DNA of 64,000 nt from Marsupella aquatica (lineage: Eukaryota > Plantae > Marchantiophyta), in the NCBI GenBank assembly GCA_973895155.1, contig OZ316898.1, forward strand, positions 17,412,752-17,476,751. The letters are read 5' to 3'. The position numbers were made by a program, and so were the translations under genes. The first letter of the stretch is position 1; each line of letters starts with the position of its first letter. This document shows positions 12,301-24,998 of this stretch, piece after piece. The notes under the pieces were generated by a model that had not been told where the DNA came from, did not search any database, and worked only from the letters and a program-made list of their open reading frames with translations.

Positions 12301-15300
12301 TGTTCTGCACGAGAAAGAAATTTTTCACAAATTGGACATTGCTGAGGGTGCTCGAAGGGTCAGTGCTGTCGCCGAGTCAAGGATGGGAGAACTGGAGGGA
12401 CAGCTGCAGCAGTGTATGGCAGAAAGGGATAACCTGCAGTTGAGATTAGAAGAGAGAGTACATGCTCAAGGTTTGAAACAGCACCTGCACGAGGTCGGAT
12501 TTGCAGTGTTGCATTGTCGGATCTTCTCTGGCTTGCTGATCTCTTGATGATTTTGGTGAATTTTTTCATGAAAAAGTTCTCGGATGGATCTGTCCAGGAA
12601 GGAAGGACTCTGTCTCTGAATTCAAGGTGATGGTGACTACTCTTCATAAAGAGATGAGTATGATGCAAGCTCAACTGACCAAATACAAGGAGGCAGCGCT
12701 TGAAGTGCATTCACTTCGAGCTGAGACTCACTCTCTTGTATCTATTCTTCAAAGAAGGGTGAGCAATGATCTTCCGGCTTGTGGCTTCTGTATGTGAATT
12801 CGTACATACCAAGACCAAAGTTTGATCACCCGTATTCTGAAACAATTATATTGGATTGTGCAGACAAGTGAGTATAAGAAGCTCTCAGAGCAGTATTCTG
12901 CGCAAATTAGAGAGCTGGCTTCCTTGAAGGATGAAGTAAGTTGTGTAATTATGTCACACGTTTTTCTACGAATTTGCATGAATGAGTCATGCATCTTACG
13001 AATATTGTTTGCTACAACCCAAAGTTACATGCAACCCTAATTCCCCTCAGGATCGTGATTTGTCTTCATATTGAGGACATTTGTCTGATAAGTTTTAAAA
13101 AAATTATGTTGATGTACGCAGGTGCAGACCTTGCAGGACAGCGAACAAGAGTTGAAACTTATTTTGGACATGTATGGACGGGAATCAAGTGATCCAAGGT
13201 ATTTTTGGTCATTTGTCATATCTGCGAAGAGTTGTACGCTGTTTTCATTATTTTCGGCCATATTAAGTTGATACAGCATATCTTGGTCAGAAGCTTTTGT
13301 TTGTTCAATCTAGCTTTAGAGGGTACGGAGGTTTCCTAGAATTTTTTTTTGGTTCCTTTAAGCGACTGCCAGGCTCTTAACGTCTGCTATTCTCCAGAGT
13401 GTTGCACAGTATTCGGAGCATGATTTGGGAGTGCTTCTTTTACAAGACTGCGTTGTGTCCATCTTCCTAGTTTTTGGGGTCCTCTTGTCCACTTGCCCAG
13501 AGTACGGAGGAGGCTGGTTCGTAACATCAATTTTGTGAGGGTATTTCGTACAGGAATGTGATAGAGCTGCAGCAAGCGGAATGCAGAGCATGGGCCCAAG
13601 TGGAACGGCTAAAGACAGCCTTGGATGAGCACAACTTAGAACTTCGGGTCAAAGCTGCCAATGAAGCTGAAGCAGCCTGCCAGCAGAGGCTTACTGCTGC
13701 AGAAGCAGATATTGCAGAGTTACGGCAGCAACTTGATGACTCCGAAAGGTTGGGAATGTGACCGACATTGTTTGTACAATTTTCATCTTGGGAATTGTAA
13801 ATGTGATGGGCGGGGTAAAATGCAAGGCGGTGTAGATTTTGTTCCGAGCTGAATTTGTCACCAGGTGACTAGTGAAGGGTCTATAAAGTTCTTCGCATCG
13901 TATGAATCTGTGCCACATGGCTACTGTATGGCTGAATGTTTTGCGGCCCTTCATGTCGTTTGATAGAGTCGCAATGGAGCTGAGGGAGTCCCTCAAGGCT
14001 AAGAACGAGGAGGGAGAAGCATACATTTCTGAAATTGAGGTCAATTCTAAATTCTCTTTTTGGTAGATATGACTTCTAAGACTTCTGTCGTTTCGGGCGT
14101 CTAGTACACTTTGTTGGGTAATGGAGGACAATGCTTTTAGCAATGTTAGCAGGTGTGTAAGATTCTACAGCGTATAATGTCAATCACTTGTTTGTTTTTG
14201 CAGTATATGCCTCGTTTGTTACCCTTACTTCCTCTATCTGGCTTCGTTCTTCCTTTGTTCTTTCTATCTATGTCCGTCTGGGACACGTGGACTTCCCCAA
14301 GACGAAATTGGTTCATATTGTACTCATGATTAGACACCCTATCTTCAAGGGTTGAGATTATGGAACCTCAAATTCAACTGCACTGTTGTTTCTCTGCCAA
14401 TTAGACAATTGGACAAGCATACGAAGATATGCAAACACAAAATCAAAGGCTTCTTCAGCAATTGTCGGAAAGGGACGACTACAATACGCAGGTGTGTAAT
14501 GGTGTGCGTTTCGAGTTGTTGCGGATCATTTATTTCTTCTGTTTATAGTATCTAGACGACTTGTCATCAAGTAGCGGGATTGCCCATTTTTCCAGAGTTC
14601 GTAGTCTTGCAATTTTGGTGAGGACTTCTCATATCAGAAAAGTTTACTTGGGGTGCCAGAGAATGTCTTATGAATTTCTTGTCTGTTATCAGCTGGTTGC
14701 GGAGAGCCTGAAGGCAAAGCAAGCCCAAGCAAATCTGCAAGCAGAGAAGCTTTTACTGGTTAGCCGAATGCAACATGTGAGTGCGACGTCAGATGGTCAA
14801 AAGCAGCGGCTGGTGCGCCTTGAAGAGCAGGTGGTGCTTTATTCAATTCCTCTGTTGAGTTTTAAATCATATATTGCGTTCAATGAAATGAATCTTGTTG
14901 GTCCCGACTCTCCCACCCATGAAAAGTGATCTTCACATAGGCTTGCTGACTCAGTGCTACAGATGTTTGAGTAGATCGTCCTGTAGTCATGGATTGAGAC
15001 ACAAGATTATTCAGTGCCACAGGTGTTTGAGTAGATCGTTCTGGAGTCATGGATATAGATAAGACTACTCATTCTGTTACGAGCGAAATGAAGCTCTGAA
15101 TTTGACTGGTTTGCTCTTTCATCAGGTAAGAACGTACATGGATCAATTGGCGAAGGCCATCGATGAAGGGAGGCTGTACGCATCGCAGCTCGAGAGTGCC
15201 AAACGAAAAACATTGGAGGTAGAAAAAGAGGCTTCGTCTACAAAATTAGCCCTGGAAGCTGCTCAGAAGACGGCAGAGGAACGTGGACATAAGATTTCAG

Positions 15301-16678
15301 AGATTCAAGGGGAGCTGGAGAAGGAACGGTGTGTGTTCTGTTCTCCTTGAGAGCGAGCCCTGGGTGTGACCTTATCTTATGCTAGCGCTTATAATTATCA
15401 ATCTGGATGTAACACGAATATTTCCGCGGAAGGACGTGTATGACATGGACAACAAATGCGAAGCTTCGGAAGGCAAAGATTTTTAGAGACAATGTCCGTC
15501 ATGAATTAGACACATTGAAGTTTCTCGTCTGGCTCGAAGATTAGTGCAGGTTTATTTGAAACTGCCGTTTGGACGCACCGTTGTAACGTATTATTTCTAT
15601 GACAGATTTGAGAAGAGGAGAGTACAGGAAGACTTGAATGCTGCCATCGCAAAGGTTTCTCGCCTTGGTTCTCATCAAGATGCAAGTCCAATGATTGAAA
15701 GACTACAGGAAGAAATCAAGGAATATAGAGCTATTCTGAAGTGCAGTGTTTGCCACGATCGAGCAAAAGAAGTAAGTGTCTTTAACATTGTTTGTTCCTT
15801 TACTGCCGAGATCAGGGCTGGCAGCATATGTGCTCTTTTGGCCTTGAAATATCGCTAATTTCTAAGTCAAAGTGATTTACTCCTTATCCGCTATCTTGAA
15901 AGTGGGTTTATTTGTGGTTGAGGCTTTTGGATACCCAAGTTTTGAAGACTAGCATGATATCTGGCGAAGGTCTTAGTATTTCAGTTGTACATGGCTCACT
16001 CCTTAATCTGCCGCTTGCGTTCCGGTTGTTGGAGCCGAATATTTAGAATGGGTGTTCTGAGGTTGTCATTACTGTACAGCCTTCAGGGACACGCTGTTTT
16101 CACTAAGCAGTAAATAATTTGACAAATTTTGTAAACTTTGACTTAAAGCCCCTAATTCTACTCTCAAGGTCAGGTAAGTTTTGGGGACACTAGTGGGATC
16201 CTTTGCGTGCCCCTGGCATCAGGATATGCCAGGCCTTTTATCCAGCCTTCCCTGGAAACTGCTCACCTGGCGCTATTTTTCTCATGCATTACCTCTACCC
16301 GGTCCTTTCCTCACTTTGCCGAGACTTCCCGTACAGTGCATGTCCAGTTTTTGGCCATATCTAATACGAGGCATCGCTTTCATATTTGTGAGGCGTAATC
16401 TGAGCCGTCTGTTGTCTTTACTGCTTTCTACTTATGTAGATCAGATTCTAACTCGTCGTAGTGGATATCTGCAAGTAGTTTCCGTTACCTGGTGTAACGC
16501 CTCTTGTAAGCTAACCGTGACCTTTACTACTGCAACTTTGCTGCAGGTTGTCATCACAAAGTGCTATCATTTGTTTTGTGGGCCTTGCATTCAACGAAAT
16601 CTTGAGCTTAGACATCGGAAATGTCCTGGCTGTGGAGTACCTTTTGGACAGAATGATGTACGGACGGTCTATATATAA
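9320..16678 (+). CDS. HUB1: E3 ubiquitin-protein ligase BRE1-like (histone H2B monoubiquitination, HUB1-type), ~19 GT-AG exons
   Basis: Exon 1 (9320-9427) MGSTEEPERKRR...SSEEKK splices to exon 2 (9865-10026) VDAQVLQYQNQKLAQQL. Coiled-coil exons follow (e.g. TIGQAYEDMQTQNQRLLQQLSERDDYN). The C-terminal C3HC4 RING LKCSVCHDRAKE|VVITKCYHLFCGPCIQRNLELRHRKCPGCGVPFGQNDVRTVYI is split across 15771/16547. Confidence 0.95.
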
Positions 16679-19182
16679 CAAAATTGTGCCCAGTCAATCA
16701 ATTGGGTTAGGGCCAACGTGAAGTAAATGCAGGAAGTGCAGAAAAATCTCAATTCTTTTCGTTCTAATGTGATACTGGGCTTATATAGTGAATTATCGGT
16801 AGCGCAGTCGGCTCAAAATGCATTGAAACGGCATCCCCAGATTTGGATGCGGGCTTGGAGCTTCTTGATTGGGGTGTATTAGTAGGTCACAGAATTCTCC
16901 ACTCAAAAGGCTTGTAAATTTTTTAATCTTTAAGAGATTCCTCTGCTTTGCAAGTATGAGTAGCATGGTTTTGGGGGTTACTATTTACAGTGTTGAATTT
17001 GTTGACTTATAGGCTTCATTCTCTTCATGAGTGCGTGCGCTATGTGGTTCTCATTGGAGAATGAATTTTGCATTGCATGTGAAACCAGAGGGCTTCGATT
17101 CTCCAATCCCTTCCTTCTTCCCCCCGTCAAGCCCCTGTGCATTTCCTGTTGATGGCAAGATTCGTCACAACCACCGCAAAATGTTTTTATCACAAGTCTG
17201 AGACCTTCTTGACATGATGCTTGCGCTTAGTCACAAGTTTAGTTAAGAATCCACAAGGGATGGTGGATTATAGTCTGCAGGGAGCAATTTTAGTGTTACT
17301 GTGCGTGTGCCTAAGTCTCATGAGAGTTTAGTGGCATCCCCTTATTGTATAAGATTATTGGCATGCACAAGATGAATGGCAGGAATGCCCAGTTTCAGCT
17401 GGAAGATTGCCAGAGCATGGAGTGGATAACAGATATGCACGTCATATGATTCTACAGCATGGAAGGTCTGCAAATAATCAGCGTGGGCATCCAATTATTA
17501 AATAGTAACTGGGAGGTAGTACGATGATGGGTTGTCGGGGACATCGTAGGTTAAGTGAAGGCAGCCAGCATTTTTGGGCTGTATGTAATTTTTGAAGCTG
17601 GCAGCAGCATTGCAACCTGTGAAGTTGATTTAGATTTGTTTCATCTTGGACAATGTGCTAACCGCGGCATGGAGCAGGAGTTGGCATTTTGTAATCTTCT
17701 TAGGGAGTCGCAGCCTCGTAACTTTTATGTTGGAATGAATGAATCAAAACTTACTCGAGTTGGACTTTTGGAATTCCGTGGGTAGACTTGATCCTGAGCA
17801 AAACTGCTTTGATCGTGTTGTCGTTCAAGGACGAACAAGGGCAGAAAGGACGTACAAGGGCAGAAAGTTGCTACTTGTTGGCTTTCTAGGCGGCCAAGTG
17901 CACAGTCTACATTTTTTTCTTCATCGGAACACAGTATATTCAAGCGGTTTTCAAGGGCCGCTTCTTTCGAGTTGATCCTTCATCCTGGTCGGGACTTCTT
18001 TACAGTGTCAGCGTAGTTTGTGTCATTTTGCATTTTGCACCGGCATGGAGATTACTCTAACTAGGAGAGTCTTCATTCTAGGTGCATCGTTGGTGCTGCA
18101 GGTCGGAAGAAGAGTTCACAGGGCCGAACGATTATTCATCTTGAAAGACAGTCTGCCTCACTTGCACTTTGGAACTTGGTTCCCCTCTTAAGCTGCTAAC
18201 GATCAATCGGGGGTTCTGTTACTTATCGTGCTTCATCTCAAATAATGACTCTGAAGGCAGCAGTACTCTTGCCTTTGACATGGCGTTTGACATGGGATGA
18301 AACATATAATCCGCAGAAAGCTTCGAAGGTGGTATGAGGAGGACCTCGGATCTCCCAGGGATCTAGTTAAAGACACGAAGGGAGGTCTTGGAATAGATTC
18401 GGAGCTATGTGAATTGCAATCATTGGTAAATTTGAGAAGATATAATAAATTCTTCACTTCATAACCTTTCCATGGGATCATGTCATTCTTCTGGCCTTCC
18501 CATGAATTACATACAGCTGGCTACGTGTACCGGCTGAACTGTTGTCATTCGTACCTTATATCAGGTCAAGTTGTTCGTTTAGCGGACTGTAAAGTGGGTG
18601 AATTTCCTGTCCTGGATTAACCTGTCCTGGATTTCGTGCATTGTCTGCCAAGACCTTGCCTGGCCTCAAATTCGAACCAAACTTACAAAACAACACCAAT
18701 CTGCAGCGAAGTTTATCTGGCATGGATTTTTCCTCCAAAAACCTGAGACAACTACAGTAACAAAAAATAAGCGTGTTTTACGGTGAAGAAATTGGTTTAC
18801 ACTTCTGGAGCTAAGAAAATGGTCTCAGATGCCCCTGAAGTCAGATTTTTCATCAACGAAGCTGCTTTGGCTAATCGTTGCGGGGCATTTAAATTTAGCA
18901 GGTAGAAAAATACACACGTGAAGGGTCGTTACATTCAGCAGGTAGAAAAGTAAAGTACGTATATCAGTCTTTGCAAAATTGAGGGTCCTTGAAAGTTATT
19001 GCAAGCTTTCCACTAAACGTAGTAATATGCATTTTCATATATGTCAAGATGCGTTGATCAATTTATGATAGTCTTACATTCAACAAAACTAGCGCATATG
19101 AGCCTTTGTTAACCCTTGATTGCCATCTGAAGATTAGGCTAAGCTTCATTTTTCAGGTTTTGGGTCTTGATTGCCATCTTAA

Positions 19183-19338
19183 ATCACCACTGTCCATAGA
19201 AAAGGAGAAGTGTCCAAGGAGTTTCCCTTTTTCATATACTTCTCCTCTAGGGTGAGACTTTGCACCACAATTTGAGAAACAATTTACTAAAAATGCTGAA
19301 ACCTAGTGGATCTAGGTTTTGTCATGGACAGTGGCGCT
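19183..19338. mobile_element. 156-bp MITE with TTAA target-site duplication
   Basis: TTAA at 19179-19182 and 19339-19342. The termini atcaccactgtccat and atggacagtggcgct are imperfect inverted repeats. An adjacent duplicate of the flanks lacks the insert (ttgattgccatctgaagattaggctaag, ~19117-19143). Confidence 0.8.
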
Positions 19339-21210
19339 TTAAGATTAGGCTAAGATCACATGCTCCATTTTTCAGGTTTTGGGTCTTGAAGCTGCTGCCA
19401 TGTTGGCCCTGATCATATTTCATAAATTCAAGGCCATTTGTCACTGAGGTCTACTTATCATCCATTGTCTTAGAGGGGTTGGCTTTAGGATGTATGGTGT
19501 GGGGCCAGATGCATTCATTTGTATCGGAAGGGAAAGGTCACATGTCTAATACTCTGTACATCCAAAACATATATTGTTTAGTCAGAAATAACAACATGCT
19601 TCCTTCGATAGTACTTCCTCTTGCTTCTTATAGCTGTACCAATATGAGGAGGATGTTGGGTCTGTCACTCTTCAACACTATTTTACTCCAATAGATAACA
19701 TCTCATAAGGGGTTTCAGTGATCCTTTGACTAGCTCGTTAAGGGCATTGGTTGACTATAAGAGCATTTGGGCCAATCGGAATGTGCCACATCATCACTTT
19801 ATATCGTAATGTGATTATACGGTTTTGAGGTATTCATAAGTCATAATTTTCTGGAATGTGCAAAGAAGCTAGGTACAGTCATGGTGTGTGTCAGACTGTA
19901 CAGGTCCTGTCTATTGTCTGTGCCTAACATTTTTGGCCTGTTTGTGACAGGCATGCCCTTAATGTTGGCCAATGGGCTTGTGATGGACCCTTACGCGTAT
20001 ACGATCTCCCGTATGCCTCCCCGCATATGCGGGTCGACATATGGTTGACCTTTATACACAGTAATGGTCCATCCCAGGACCATTACCCTATGCATAGCCT
20101 CCAGTCCACAATTATGATCTCACATGTGCCGAACATGGATCTGTGGCTAAAATTAAGCAAGCATGGTTTCTATGGTAGAATTAGTCAGGCATAAATCAGA
20201 AGAGAAAATTTTCCTAACATGGGCCTGGCACTAAAATCACCTGAGAACTTGTCATCAAACATATATGGTCCATTGTTAAAAATAAGACGAGCATGGGTCT
20301 ATTACTAAAATTAGCCAAGCAATGGTCAAAGAGCATGGGTCTATGGCTAACACTATCACATGAATCACTTTCTAAATTTATTGAGTTGTTTACTCTTTCT
20401 TGAATCATGATTTGTTTGCATACAACTTACACTCACTTCAACTACACTGTCCACACCAATAAGGCATGTCAAAGCATAGTTGTAACTCAGTTACAACTCA
20501 ACACATAAACTCCTTTTACAGCCAAGACAATATCACTAGGAGAGACCAAATACATACCCCATATTAAGCATTTTACTTACAAACATCCACAACCATAAAA
20601 CTCTGTTTAAGTGAGAACTTTGACACTCCCTAATTAGTGTTAACACTAGTTACTTAGCTCTTGAAATTTGACCACATAAAATAGTGAGTCACATTATTTT
20701 AGGGATCACACTAATTATATTTGAATAGAAAGTTAATTAAATCTGATGAGGTGAGTTTGTTTTGATGTCCTAGACCAACCCCTCGATAGACGTATTAATA
20801 CATGTCCCACCCCATCCGCTATACATTTCTTATATAGGGTGGCCTCATGTATCTCAACTTATGTCCATCTAGTTACACTGTCTTGCCATTGATACGTGGA
20901 TCGATTGGAAATTGTGAATTTAACGTTCTGCTGGTACGTATTGGCCGCCACCCAGAAGGAGGTCGCCATTAACACCTTCACCTGTAATTGATCATGAGCG
21001 GGATCATCAGATCATGAGTCTCGAGCAAATTTTGTGACCACTTCACCTCTGAAACATCCCTGGACTGGAAGTTCTGGCCTTTTGATTACGAAAAAATCGA
21101 CAATGGTACTCCTTTGCCTGCAGCAGCTGCTGAATTTCGGAATGCTGGTCCGGCTGCAACGTTGAACTGCTAGATTGTAACGGATACCATCAACTCGAAC
21201 CGCTAGATTC

Positions 21211-22713
21211 AACGATCCCAATTTGCCACCGCTCACAATTTCAGTCCACTCCGCAGTTATCTCGTTGAATGAAACATATCTGCGTCGCTAGATTCAACGA
21301 TCCCAATTTTGCCACCACTCACAATTTCATTCCACTCCGCAGTTATCTCGTTGAATGAAACATGTCTGTCTGCGTGTTCGGGATTGTGTATTTGCTCGTT
21401 GAATGAAACATGTCTGTCTGCGTGTTCGGGATTGTGTATTTGCTGACTCGTAGGCCAACGCTTGCCCCTCGGTGTGAGCATTATCTCTGGATGTGTATTT
21501 GCTGACTCGTAGGCCAACGCTTGCCCCTCGGTGTGAGCATTATCTCTGGATCTGTTGAATGAAACATGTTTGAGTGTTCGGAACTGTGTACTTGCTGACT
21601 CGTAGGCTAACGCTTCTTTGGGTCTGTCTGGTTCAATCATTATTTCCAGAACACGATCCAAAGGAAAGACAGTCGATCGATCATCCTCGTAGCTTGGTGG
21701 TCAAAGAACAACTGAATTGATCGATGCATAGATCGGTCACAGTCATCAGGTTGTTCTCAGTGCGTATGATTAGATTTATTGTTGTCTATTGCTGTACGTG
21801 TAAACTAGAAAATTGGGGATAGCAGTGTGTAACAAGACGGCGATATTGATCAGTGGAGAAGAGGGAGGAATGAGAGACCTTGAAAAGCATGAGGCGGCTG
21901 CGGCCGAAGGTGTACCATGCATCGCGGAGCCACTGTCGATGAAGCAGAACGGAGGGCTCGTTCGCGGTGATCCGGACACAATGATGATCTGAGGAATGGA
22001 TGGCAATTGAATGCTGGCGGAAGTGAAACGATACCTTTCTTCCCGTGTTAGTGATCCAGACACAATGATGATCTGAGGAATGGGAAGTGAAACGATACCT
22101 TTCTTCCCTGGACACAATAATGATGATCTGAGGAATGGATATGAATTGAATGCTGGCGGAAGTGAAACGATACCTTTATTTCCTTGTTTTTTCGACAATC
22201 TAGTACCTAGATAGCAGGTTCAATTCAAGACGGCGTCTGAAGTAGGAACCTGGTACCTAGGTCCTAAATTGTTGAAAACGCTAGGGTATCAAGACGGGGC
22301 GTCTGAGACTTCCTGCCAGTGCTGATGTGTGAGAGCCTAATTCCCTTCTTGTTGGAGGTGGGGTTGGTTTGATGGTAGTAAAGTTAGTTTTCCCGAGTGC
22401 ATGTGGTGTCTTTGGGATCTTGTCTCAAGGTTTGGCGTTTTTTTTGAGCTTGGGCACTGTAATATATATTTTAGTGCATGTGGTGTTTGATCTCTCATTT
22501 TATGATTTAATGAGTTTATGATTTAATATGTGACTTACTTTGTGTTTACGTTTTCTGGAGTTTTCAAAATTTCTGTCCCCTTGGGCACTGTGATATATAT
22601 ATTTAAATGCATGTGGTGTGTGATATCTCATTTTATGATTTAATGTGTTCATAATTTAATTAATATGTGACTTACTTTGTCTTTACGTTTTCTGGAGTTT
22701 TCAAAATTTCTGT
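21211..22713. repeat. Mosaic of short tandem duplications (~48-130 bp units)
   Basis: cgctagattcaacgatccca... x2, cgttgaatgaaacatgtctgtctgcg... x2, tgtgtatttgctgactcgtaggccaacg... x2, gacacaatgatgatctgaggaatgg x3, and a ~130-bp duplication at 22450/22580. Confidence 0.88.
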
Positions 22714-24120
22714 CACCATAGACAGTGCAGCCTATGGCTTCACTCTATGGAGTAGGTCATGAAAGGAAGACTGTGATTGTAAATTATGGTATAGATTTTA
22801 TTTTTCTGGTGCCTGCCGGCAAGGAGGTGGTGCCCAAGATGTAAGAAAGGATACTTCCTGGTTCAAAGCACATCAAAGTAACCCCTTCTTTCCATTTGTT
22901 CCTTTCCTTAGGTTCTTGTCCTTTTTATTTATTTATTTATTTATTTATTTTTAGGTTCTTGTCCTTTTGTCCTCTTCCTTTTCTATCTGAACCTGGTAGG
23001 GGAAACCCAGGTTCTCCCTGGAACCTAAAGTCCACCAGGGTGTCTTACAAGGGAGGGAAGAACCAGGGTGAGGGTAACCTCTTTCCAGCCCTTGTGATCA
23101 AAAATACATTGTAGTCTGAATGAACCCTGTGAAGTATTTTAGGCTTTCCCTTGCACCTCATTCTGTGGCACAACGCATGGTTGTGGAATATTCTTTGCTC
23201 TGATTCTCATGTGGCTTCAGCTTGGCAGTCTTACAAAGAAAACAAATGGAAGTAGTACTAGGTCAACTTCAATAAAATCGAGAATAAAATCATGCCTTGT
23301 TGTTTACCCTGGTGGTCCTGTCTCTTGGTTACGTTAAACAGCCACAGTCTGTTGTCAAAACTTGTTGGATCCGGGTCACCATAACTGGTTAATAATGTTA
23401 CTAGCAAAGTGGAAAAGTGAGCCAAAAATTAGTTTTTGTCCTCCCCATAGCTTTTGGACACATTGGGGTTTAAGAACCGGTCCAGCAGGTGGGGGTCTCA
23501 AATCTTAGCTGTGAGCTTTCAAGTTCTGAGCTGGACAAATCAAGAATTGACCCTTTTGAGGGTGAATTGTTTTTTTGTTTTTTTGGAGGGGGGGTGGGGA
23601 CTGAGAATATTTTATTAATAAATCCCTTTTAGTGTGATAGTGGGGCCTATTGTTTAAAGTTCTTCCTTTCTTGCTACTGTGGTCAATCTTACCTGGTGTA
23701 AAGTAAAAGATTCTAAGAAAATTCTGTTAAGCTTAGTAGATTAGTTTATTATATATATTCTAAATTCTATATATAACGAAAATCATCAGATTCTGGCGAG
23801 TGAGGTCATGACTATGAAACTCAGGAATCCGAGACCAAAAAGAAAAAGGTTAATTTATTAGGCCAAAAGTGACATTTTCTTCTTAGTGGGGTGAATTTCT
23901 GCGAATTTTCGCACTTAAAAAACACACATATTCATCATTCTGTCCCCGACTCAGCCCCTAATTAATCCGTGGACCCCCAAGTTCATCCAAGAAAATGTAC
24001 GTGTGTGATGAAGTGAAATTGTTTTATTTTGAGCAAATGAAAGAAAGAGGTAAATGTTTTGTTAATGCATAATATTTTTTTGAAATAATATTTGATCCAC
24101 TTAACAGTGCCTAAGTCCAT

Positions 24121-24998
24121 CTATTTGGCATCATATTTGCGCTTCAAAGAAGCGCCCACTGTTGAGGTCTCATCCCTGTTCTTAGCAGGGACGTCGGTGA
24201 TCAGGCCTTCCTCGCTGCTCCTCTGCAGACGATCGATTAGCGTTTGTGCGTTGTCTTTAGTCAAGTTGACCAGCATGTCGATTGGCATCTTGAAATCGTG
24301 TCTCAGCCTTGTAACCTGGGCCAGATGCGCTCCCTTGGTATGCTGAATGTATTCGTGTGTCGCCTCCTTCTTGGTCAGCTGGTCCTCATCGAAAGGTACT
24401 GCCATGTACCTGAGCACCTCTTTCTGCACTCCTGTGTTACAATTTATGGTTGAGTTAGTACATTATTGTTCTTTAATGTTGTAAGATGGGTTTGAGTGGG
24501 ACTTTGTTACCTGTTGCTGGTCTCTCATTAAAGAGTTCCTTGAAATCTTCAAAGAATTTCTTGCGGTTGTCTATCAATTTTGACATGTCTTTTTTGCTGA
24601 TGCCGAAGTCCCATTCTGAGGCTTCCATTCCCATACCGTCTGCGTACTCGATCTGTTTGGTCGTGGGGACGTCTATCTCACGACTATGGTCCCCTGTAGG
24701 CAGCTCACGCATGATCAATCGCGCCAGCTCGACTGCCGTCATGGGCTGAAGTGAGACACCGACAAAATGTTAGTTGGTTTTAGTGTCACGTTAGTTGTTA
24801 TCAATTTCTTTACATCTGTTTTTCCTAATGAATTTAATAGTGGTGAAGAGATCTGGAGATGGATTGTAGTGGTATTACCGTCGTAATGTTTGTCTTGGCA
24901 GCTGGTGCAGTTGTCTCAATGTGCGCCGGCTCTCGTGGATGTGGTTGGGATGACTTCCCGACTTTGCTCTGTTTGCTGGTCGACATCTGCTTCACCAT
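24121..24998 (-). CDS. Predicted 3-exon protein (~220 aa) with three DUF3072/Irc3-tail-like repeats, adjoining the RepHel
   Basis: Exons 24998-24879, 24745-24511 and 24431-24121 are joined by phase-compatible GT-AG introns (ACG|GTAATA..TTCAG|CCC; ACAG|GTAACA..ACAG|GA), giving ...TNITT|PMTAVELARL...RPATG|VQKEVLRY...LKRKYDAK*. Confidence 0.65.

Noticed and set aside
23883-23913. tgcgaa-tt-ttcgca hairpin followed on the minus strand by CTAA, as a Helitron 3' end
   Set aside because: The stem is only 6 bp, it is not followed by the expected T, and CTRR ends are not typical of HLE2; too weak without a multi-copy alignment.
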